DNA from: an uncultured Acidobacteriota bacterium
Lineage (GTDB): Bacteria > Acidobacteriota > Vicinamibacteria > Fen-336
Assembly: GCA_963697835.1 (NCBI GenBank)
Contig: CAVOPG010000001.1
Coordinates: 772,764 to 836,763 of the forward strand
Reading direction: 5' to 3'
DNA length: 64,000 bases
Shown one piece after another: positions 57,777 to 64,000 of the stretch. The notes below the pieces were generated by a model. That model saw nothing but the letters and a program-made list of their open reading frames with translations. It was not told the origin of the DNA and made no database searches. Position 1 is the stretch's first letter. The number at the start of each line of letters is the position of its first letter. A program made the position numbers and the translations under genes.

Positions 57777-57806
57777 ACTCTAGCCGACGGCACTCCGGCC
57801 GGTCAA
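57777..57806 (-). promoter_or_regulatory. Putative sigma-70 promoter of leader 2
   Basis: TTGACC-N18-TAGAGT, 13 nt before the ATG at 57763. Confidence 0.55.
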
Positions 57807-57882
57807 TCGACACCCCGATCCCATCATCGAGGCAGTCGCTGGTCGGCAGGCGAGCCCGATCCGTCGTCGTCGTCGGCCACGG

Positions 57883-57912
57883 TTGACGGGCGAAAAAGCG
57901 GGCCGGTATACT
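57883..57912 (+). promoter_or_regulatory. Sigma-70 promoter of padR
   Basis: TTGACG-N18-TATACT, followed by the inverted repeat CTCG-N10-CGAG (possible PadR operator). Confidence 0.6.
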
Positions 57913-57936
57913 CGTGTAGGTAACCGAGGGGAGCTG

Positions 57937-58266
57937 ATGAGCAAGCCGACCGATCTCGTCCAGGGCACGCTGGACCTCCTGATCCTGAGGGTGATCGCCG
58001 TCGAGCCGATGCACGGCTGGGCCATTGCTCAGCGGATCCGGCAGATGTCCAGGGACGAGCTGCGGGTGGGGCAGGGCTCCCTGTACCCCGCCCTGCACAA
58101 GCTCGAGCAGCAGGGCTGGATCGAGGCCGAATGGGCGGCCAGCGAGAACAACCGGCGGGCGAAGTACTACACGCTGACGAGAGCCGGCCGCAAGGCGCTG
58201 GAAAGCGAGACGGCGCAGTGGGAAAGGCTGTCGGCAGCCATCTCGCTCGTCGTGCGTCGAGCCTGA
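57937..58266 (+). CDS. PadR-family regulator, acidobacterial type
   Basis: QGTLDLLIL, HGWAI, GSLYPALHKLE, SENNRRAKYY. Confidence 0.95.
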   Translation: MSKPTDLVQGTLDLLILRVIAVEPMHGWAIAQRIRQMSRDELRVGQGSLYPALHKLEQQGWIEAEWAASENNRRAKYYTLTRAGRKALESETAQWERLSAAISLVVRRA

Positions 58267-58278
58267 GGACGCGACGCA

Positions 58279-60909
58279 ATGCGGTGGACCACGAAGCTCC
58301 GTCTCCGTTCTCGCTCGCTTCTCCAGGCATCCCGCGTCGAGGAGGAGCTCGACGAAGAGCTGGGTTTTCATCTCGAGCGTCTCACCGACGAGAACATCGC
58401 GAACGGGATGACGCCGGCGGATGCCCGCTACGCCGCCCTTCGCGAAATGGGCGGGCTCGACCAGCGGAAGGAAGAGGGCCGCGACGCGCGGGGCCTGGCG
58501 GCCTTCGACAACGTCCGTCAGGACCTCAGATACGCGGTCCGGGGGCTTCGGAAGAGCCCGGGATTCACAGGCGTCGCCGTACTGTCCCTCGCGCTCGGCA
58601 TCGGCGCGAACACGACGATCTTCACCTTCGTCAATGCCGTCCTGCTCCGCCCCCTGCCGTATCCCGCTTCGGACCGGCTGGTCATCCTGCGTGAGCAGCC
58701 GGCTGGCTCCGCCGGCACCGTCGCCGTCCATCCGCTGAACTTTCTCGAGTGGAGCGCTCGCGCGAGATCCTTCGAGGCGCTCGCGCTGGTACAGACTCCT
58801 CCGCTCAACGTGATGGGGGCGAGCGGCGCCGAACAGGTCACCCGGGTCCAGACGACATCGGAGCTGTTTCGCGTCTTCGCCGTTCAACCGATCCTGGGGC
58901 GAGTGTTCACCCGGGAAGAGACACGGCCTGGGGATGGCGCCGTCGTGATCCTCGGCCACGGCTTGTGGCAGCGTTGGTTCGGCGGCGATCCGACGGTGCT
59001 CGGGCAGAGACTCGCCGTGCGCGAGGGTTCGCTCACGATCGTCGGCGTGGCCCCCCCCGGACTTCGAATCGGCCCGTTCGAGCCCGACGCGTACACACCC
59101 TTGCCGATCGATCCAGCGAGGCCGGACTCGATCGGCTCGCGCTCGTTCCAGTGCTACGGCCGGCTGAAGGGAGGGGTCGGCGTCGAGGCCGCCCGCGCGG
59201 AAATGGCCGTCATCGCTTCCTCCCTCGCTCGTCAGTACCCGCTGGACGAAGGATTCGGCGTGTTCGTGGCCGGGCTGCACGAGTATCTCGTCCGGGAGGG
59301 GCGTCCGGCCTTGCGCCTCCTGATGGCGGTCGTCGCGATCGTGCTCGTGATCGCGTGCGTGAATCTCGCCGGTCTGCTCATGGCCCGCGGCATTCGCCGT
59401 CGCGGTGAGTTCGCCGTGCGCGCGGCGCTCGGTGCCAGCCGCGCGCGTCTCGTCGCACAGCTGGTCATCGAGAGCCTCGTGCTGTCCTCACTCGGCGGCG
59501 CGGTCGGACTCGCCCTCGCGTACTGGGCGACGCGGGCGCTGGAGACGCTCACCGGCGGAGCGCTCACCGTCGGCAGCGCGGAGCCGATCCGCCTGGAATC
59601 CACCTGTCTGGTCTTCACGCTCCTGGTCGCCACCCTGACCGCGCTCTCGTTCGGGCTCGTTCCCGCCTGGCACGCGAGCCGCGCCGAGCCGCAGACCGCG
59701 CTCGGAGAGCGGACCCGGGGAGGCACCCTCGATCGCCGGCAACATCGGCTGAGGAGCGCGCTGGTGGTGAGCGAGGTCGCCCTGGCCGTCGTGCTGCTCG
59801 TGGGCGCCAGCCTGCTGCTGCGCACTTTCGGGCACCTCGTCCGCGTCGATCTCGGCTTTCAGCCCGCCGACACGATCACCATGGGGCTCTTCCTCGGCGA
59901 GCGTCCGGCCGAAGCTCGAATCGCACTCGTGGACCAGATCCTCGAACGCGTCGAGGCGTTGCCCGGAGTCGAGGCCGCGAGCACGATCCAGTTCCTGCCC
60001 CTGTCGGGGATGGACTGCGGAACCGGCTTCTGGCCCGAGGGACAGGCGCCGGGGGATCCGTCGGGCGCGTTGCCGACGGGATGCTCGTTGGTCAGCCGTG
60101 GGTACTTCGCCGCCATGGGGATTCCCGTCCTGGACGGGCGCCCCTTCGAGCGCCGCGACCGCCTGGGCAGCCCGCGCGTGCTGGTGGTGAACCAGTCGTT
60201 CGCGAAGCGGTACTTTCCTGGAGGTCGTGCGCGGGGACGCCGCATCCTCGTGGAGTCGTCGAACCAGGCGCTCGCGGAGATCGTCGGAGTCGTCGGCGAC
60301 GTTCGCCACAACGGATTGACGTCCGAGCCGCTGCCGACGGTGTTCCTTCTGCACGCGCAGACGCCCGGCTACATCACGAACCTCGTCGTCCGGACCTCCG
60401 GGGACACTGGCGCGCAGGCGGCCGCCATCCGGCAGGCCATCCGCGAGGTGGATCCGAGCCAGGCCGTGTCGGCGGCGAGGACCATGGAGCACTACGTCGG
60501 AGACGAGCTCCGGAGGCCCCGCATGTACGCCGCGCTGGTGGCGTGCTTCGCGGTGCTCGCGGTGATCCTGGCGGGCGTCGGAATCTACGGCCTCGTGGCC
60601 TACGACGTCACCCAGCGGACGCACGAGATCGGCATCCGAATGGCACTCGGCGCCTCGCGTCGCCACGTCTTCCGCGCGACGTTCTCCCAGGGCGTGCGGC
60701 TCACCTTCACTGGCCTCGCCCTCGGCGTCGTGGCGGCGGCAGGGCTTCGGGGAGTGGTCTCGGCCCTGCTCTTCGGGGTCACACCCGGCGATCCGGTCAG
60801 CTACCTGCTCGGCGCCGTCGTGTTTGCCGCGGTCGCCCTCGTGGTGGCGGCGCTGCCTGCCCGCCGGGCGTCCCGCGTGGATCCGGCTACGGCGTTGCGA
60901 TACGAGTGA
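58279..60909 (+). CDS. ADOP-family duplicated MacB/FtsX-like ABC permease
   Basis: [60 protein letters not shown]. Confidence 0.93.
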   Translation: MRWTTKLRLRSRSLLQASRVEEELDEELGFHLERLTDENIANGMTPADARYAALREMGGLDQRKEEGRDARGLAAFDNVRQDLRYAVRGLRKSPGFTGVAVLSLALGIGANTTIFTFVNAVLLRPLPYPASDRLVILREQPAGSAGTVAVHPLNFLEWSARARSFEALALVQTPPLNVMGASGAEQVTRVQTTSELFRVFAVQPILGRVFTREETRPGDGAVVILGHGLWQRWFGGDPTVLGQRLAVREGSLTIVGVAPPGLRIGPFEPDAYTPLPIDPARPDSIGSRSFQCYGRLKGGVGVEAARAEMAVIASSLARQYPLDEGFGVFVAGLHEYLVREGRPALRLLMAVVAIVLVIACVNLAGLLMARGIRRRGEFAVRAALGASRARLVAQLVIESLVLSSLGGAVGLALAYWATRALETLTGGALTVGSAEPIRLESTCLVFTLLVATLTALSFGLVPAWHASRAEPQTALGERTRGGTLDRRQHRLRSALVVSEVALAVVLLVGASLLLRTFGHLVRVDLGFQPADTITMGLFLGERPAEARIALVDQILERVEALPGVEAASTIQFLPLSGMDCGTGFWPEGQAPGDPSGALPTGCSLVSRGYFAAMGIPVLDGRPFERRDRLGSPRVLVVNQSFAKRYFPGGRARGRRILVESSNQALAEIVGVVGDVRHNGLTSEPLPTVFLLHAQTPGYITNLVVRTSGDTGAQAAAIRQAIREVDPSQAVSAARTMEHYVGDELRRPRMYAALVACFAVLAVILAGVGIYGLVAYDVTQRTHEIGIRMALGASRRHVFRATFSQGVRLTFTGLALGVVAAAGLRGVVSALLFGVTPGDPVSYLLGAVVFAAVALVVAALPARRASRVDPATALRYE

Positions 60910-61001
60910 AGGTGGGATCGCGGCAAGCATGAGCTGATCGGAGATGCCGGCGGACGCTGCGGCCATGCCGAGCTCTGCGCGGGCGGCCGCCCACCGTCGC
61001 T

Positions 61002-63215
61002 TCAGGCGATGACGCGGATCCGGCCGACGCCCGCCCCGGTGAAGCGCCCGATCCTGCGGCATCCCTCGACGCCGTGCGCCCCCAGCGCGTCGAGGAGCGA
61101 CTCGGTCCGCTCCGGCGGGACCGCGATGAGGAGGCCGCCGGAGGTCTGCGCGTCCGCGAGAAGGAGCCGGTCGACGCGGGAGAGGCCAGGGGACCAGTCG
61201 ACGAAGGGAGAGACGTGCTCGAGGTTGTCGAGCGTGCCCCCGGGCACGACGTCGGCGGCGGCGAGCTCCCGCGCCGGCTGCAGCACGGGGACGGCGCCCG
61301 CCTCGACCTCGGCGTCCAGACCGGAGAAAGCCGCCATCTCCCGCAGGTGGCCGAGCAGGCCGAAACCGGTCACGTCGGTGCACGCGTGGGCGCCCGTCTC
61401 CTCCACCGCCTCGGCCGCGGCCTTGTTGAGACGGCGCATGGTGGCCACGAGGTGGCGCGCGACCGCTTCGTCGGCCAGACCCCGCTTGACCGCCGTCGCG
61501 AGGATGCCCGTCCCGATGGGTTTGGTGAGGACGAGCTCGTCGCCCGCGCGCGCCGTGGAGTTCCTCATCACGCGGTCCGGGTGCACCGCGCCCGTCACCG
61601 CCAGCCCGAACTTCGGCTCCGTGTCGTCCACGGTGTGCCCGCCCACGATGAAGATCCCGGCCTCGCGCGCCACCTCGGCCGCCCCCTCGAGGATGCGCTC
61701 GAGGACCCGCAGCGGCAGCCGCCGGGAAGGGAAGCCCACGACGCTCAGGGCGAAGAGGGGCTTCGCTCCCATCGCGTACACGTCGCTCAGGGAGTTGGCG
61801 GCGCTGATAGCGCCGAAGTCGAAAGGGTCGTCCGCGATCGGCGTGAAGAAGTCGACGGTCTCCACGATGGCGAGGTCCGGGCCCAGCCGGTAGACGGCGG
61901 CGTCGTCCGACGTTCCGGCGTCGACGAGCACGGCGGGGTCGGTGACCTTCGGCAGCTTCCGCAGCACCTGCTCGAGGTCCTGCGGGCGCAGCTTGCACGC
62001 GCACCCCATGCCGTGGGTGAAGCGGGTCAGCCGGATCTCCTCGTCCGCCGTCGCCAGGACCGGCGGTGCTTTGGCTGGCCGGAGCCGCCGGACCGCCTCC
62101 GCCACGATCTGGACCGCTTCGTCGACCTCGCCTTCCGTCGTGCCGCGCCCCACCGAGAAGCGCACGGTGCCCATCGCGTAGCGCATCGGCACGCGCATCG
62201 CCTCGAGCACGGTCGACAGCTCGACCCCCGCCGCGTGGCAGGCGGCGCCGGCGGAGGCGGCGAGCTCGTCCCCGATCTCGGCCAGGAGCGTGCTCGCCTC
62301 GACGCCCCCGATGCCGACGCTGAGCGTGTTGGGGAGCCCCCCCTCGCTGCTGCCGTTGCGCCGCAGGTCCGCGATCTCCCGCGACAGCCCCGCCCACAGG
62401 CGATCGCGCATCGCCGCGAAGTGGCGGCGGTTCGACTCGAGGTCGCGGGCCGCGATCTCGCACGCCTCGCCGAGGCCCACGATCTCGAGCACGTTCTCGG
62501 TGCCCGCCCGCCGCCCCGACTCGTGGGAGGCGCCGTGCACGAAGCGGGGCACCTCGACGCCGGAGCGGACGTAGAGCGCGCCGACGCCCTTCGGCGCGTA
62601 GAGCTTGTGGCCGGCGAGGCTCAGGAAGTCGACGCCGAGCGCGCCCACGTCGACCGGGATCTTGCCGACCGACTGCGCGGCGTCGGTGTGGACGAAAATC
62701 CCACGCTCGCGAGCGAGGCGGGCGATCTCGGCCACGGGCTCGATCGTGCCCACTTCGTTGTTGGCGTGCATGATGCTGACGAGCACGGTCTCCGGCGAGA
62801 GGGCTTTGGCCACCTCGGCCGGGCTCACCCGCCCGGTTTCGTCCACGGGAACGCGGGTGACCCGGAACCCTTCGGCGGCGAGGACCGCGCAGGGCTCGAG
62901 CACGGCCGGGTGCTCGACGGCCGAGGTCACGACGTGCCGGCCCCGCGAGCGCAGGAGACGGGCCACGCCGAGGATCGCCGTGTTGTTGGCCTCCGAGCCG
63001 CCGCTCGTGAAGACGATCTCCTCTGGCCGGGCGCCGAGGAGGGAGGCGACCTGCCGGCGGGCCTTGTCCACGGCCTTGCGAGCCACGGTCCCGTACGCAT
63101 GGCTGCTCGAGGGGTTGCCGAAGTGCGCGTAGAGGAACGGGAGCATCGCCTCGGCCACCGCGGGGTCGATGGGCGTCGTCGCGTTGTAGTCGAAGTAGAG
63201 GGGGCGGTCGCTCAC
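61002..63215 (-). CDS. selD: Cysteine desulfurase/selenocysteine lyase fused to selenophosphate synthetase
   Basis: YFDYNATTP, FTSGGSE, HTDAAQ, AGHK, SAGAACH; then HGMGCACK, DDAAVY, TVDFFTP, ANSLSDVYAMG, GGHT, TDVTGFGL, DAQTSGGLL; single intact ORF. Confidence 0.95.
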   Translation of the reverse strand: MSDRPLYFDYNATTPIDPAVAEAMLPFLYAHFGNPSSSHAYGTVARKAVDKARRQVASLLGARPEEIVFTSGGSEANNTAILGVARLLRSRGRHVVTSAVEHPAVLEPCAVLAAEGFRVTRVPVDETGRVSPAEVAKALSPETVLVSIMHANNEVGTIEPVAEIARLARERGIFVHTDAAQSVGKIPVDVGALGVDFLSLAGHKLYAPKGVGALYVRSGVEVPRFVHGASHESGRRAGTENVLEIVGLGEACEIAARDLESNRRHFAAMRDRLWAGLSREIADLRRNGSSEGGLPNTLSVGIGGVEASTLLAEIGDELAASAGAACHAAGVELSTVLEAMRVPMRYAMGTVRFSVGRGTTEGEVDEAVQIVAEAVRRLRPAKAPPVLATADEEIRLTRFTHGMGCACKLRPQDLEQVLRKLPKVTDPAVLVDAGTSDDAAVYRLGPDLAIVETVDFFTPIADDPFDFGAISAANSLSDVYAMGAKPLFALSVVGFPSRRLPLRVLERILEGAAEVAREAGIFIVGGHTVDDTEPKFGLAVTGAVHPDRVMRNSTARAGDELVLTKPIGTGILATAVKRGLADEAVARHLVATMRRLNKAAAEAVEETGAHACTDVTGFGLLGHLREMAAFSGLDAEVEAGAVPVLQPARELAAADVVPGGTLDNLEHVSPFVDWSPGLSRVDRLLLADAQTSGGLLIAVPPERTESLLDALGAHGVEGCRRIGRFTGAGVGRIRVIA

Positions 63216-63358
63216 GGGTTCATTATGGCCTCCGGTCGCCCGCGGGACATCTCCTTCGCGGTGATTCGCGATTCCAGGAGGGCTTGCGGGTGAGTTTCAC
63301 GGGCTTCAGTCTGTTCAGCAGCTTGACTCGTTCATTACTAGTAAACAGGAAGAAGCAA

Positions 63359-63370
63359 TGTAGCGCTACA
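63359..63370. promoter_or_regulatory. Palindromic operator-like site overlapping a TACAAT -10 box
   Basis: Perfect 12-bp palindrome TGTAGCGCTACA; a second palindrome TTACTAGTAA lies at 63335-63344. Confidence 0.55.
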
Positions 63371-63409
63371 ATCCGCCATCGTCTTCCGACCCGACAAAAG
63401 GAGCGACCC

Positions 63410-64000
63410 ATGCCCCGCACCGTGCGCTGCGGTCTCATCCAGGCGCGCAACGTCCTGGGCCCCGAGGCCGGCCTCCCCGCGATCAAGAAGGCCATGCTCG
63501 ACAAGCACCTGAGGCTCATCGCCGAGGCGGCCGCGAAGAAGACCCAGATCCTCTGCCTCCAGGAGCTCTTCTACGGGCCCTACTTCTGCGCCGAGCAGGA
63601 GACCAAGTGGTACCGGCTGACCGAGCGGGTGCCCGAGGGGCCGACCACCGTCCTCATGCAGAAGCTCGCGAAGAAGCACCGCATGGTCATGGTCGTTCCC
63701 GTCTACGAGGAGGAGCAGGCCGGGATCTACTACAACACCGCGGCGGTGATCGACGCCGACGGCAAGTACCTCGGCAAGTACAGGAAGACCCACATCCCGC
63801 ACGCCAAGCCCGGCTTCTGGGAGAAGTTCTACTTCCGCCCCGGCAACCTCGGCTACCCCGTCTTCGAGACCGCGTACGCGAAGATCGGCGTCTACATCTG
63901 CTACGACCGGCACTTCCCGGAGGGCGCGCGGGCGCTGGGGCTCGCCGGGGCCGAGATCGTCTTCAACCCCTCGGCCACCGTGGCGGGCCTCTCGGAGTAC
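63410..64000 (+). CDS. Nitrilase-superfamily carbon-nitrogen hydrolase, beta-ureidopropionase-like (3'-truncated; absent from the ORF track)
   Basis: Hand-translated: MPRTVRCGLIQ...CLQELFYGPYFC...KYRKTHIP...FWEKFYF...ICYDRHFPE (Glu-Lys-Cys triad); AAGGAG upstream. Confidence 0.9.
   Translation, partial: MPRTVRCGLIQARNVLGPEAGLPAIKKAMLDKHLRLIAEAAAKKTQILCLQELFYGPYFCAEQETKWYRLTERVPEGPTTVLMQKLAKKHRMVMVVPVYEEEQAGIYYNTAAVIDADGKYLGKYRKTHIPHAKPGFWEKFYFRPGNLGYPVFETAYAKIGVYICYDRHFPEGARALGLAGAEIVFNPSATVAGLSEY

Noticed and set aside
61990-62020. Possible selenocysteine codon in SelD or the nearby redoxins
   Set aside because: Active-site codons are TGC; no in-frame UGA was found at a catalytic position

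Overview
High-GC bacterial DNA. The gene repertoire (Oar-type TonB-dependent receptors, PadR plus ADOP permease, VWFA-related remnant) points to Acidobacteriota, probably Vicinamibacteria; this is inference. Positions 1-25 kb and 30.7-33.7 kb form an arabinose/arabinan-utilisation region: a TBDR, two MFS permeases, an IlvD/Edd-family sugar-acid dehydratase, DHDPS-family and HpcH aldolases, araA, five GH51 genes, GH127, a GH146-like gene and GH39. Several deletion scars or chimeric remnants lie among them. Positions 35-50 kb hold mixed genes, including a heme-c histidine kinase/archaemetzincin/NtrC-type regulator operon. The most striking region is 50.4-57.8 kb. Two convergent putative metal-uptake units (a TBDR; a porin plus ZnuA/ZnuB-like genes with no ATPase) are each headed by a paralogous ~92-95 aa leader ORF. 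Each leader has a hydrophobic N-terminus, an H[TS]DDGCxxETHCxAC motif, exactly 44 spacer residues and a C-terminal RGPP ribosome-arrest-like motif. In the first copy the RGPP-region codons are complementary to the downstream Shine-Dalgarno. The window ends with PadR-ADOP, a NifS/Sec-lyase-SelD fusion and a partial beta-ureidopropionase-like gene. Many genes from ~29 to 57.5 kb carry single-base frameshifts that most likely are long-read indel errors. No rRNA, tRNA, CRISPR array or transposase was recognised.
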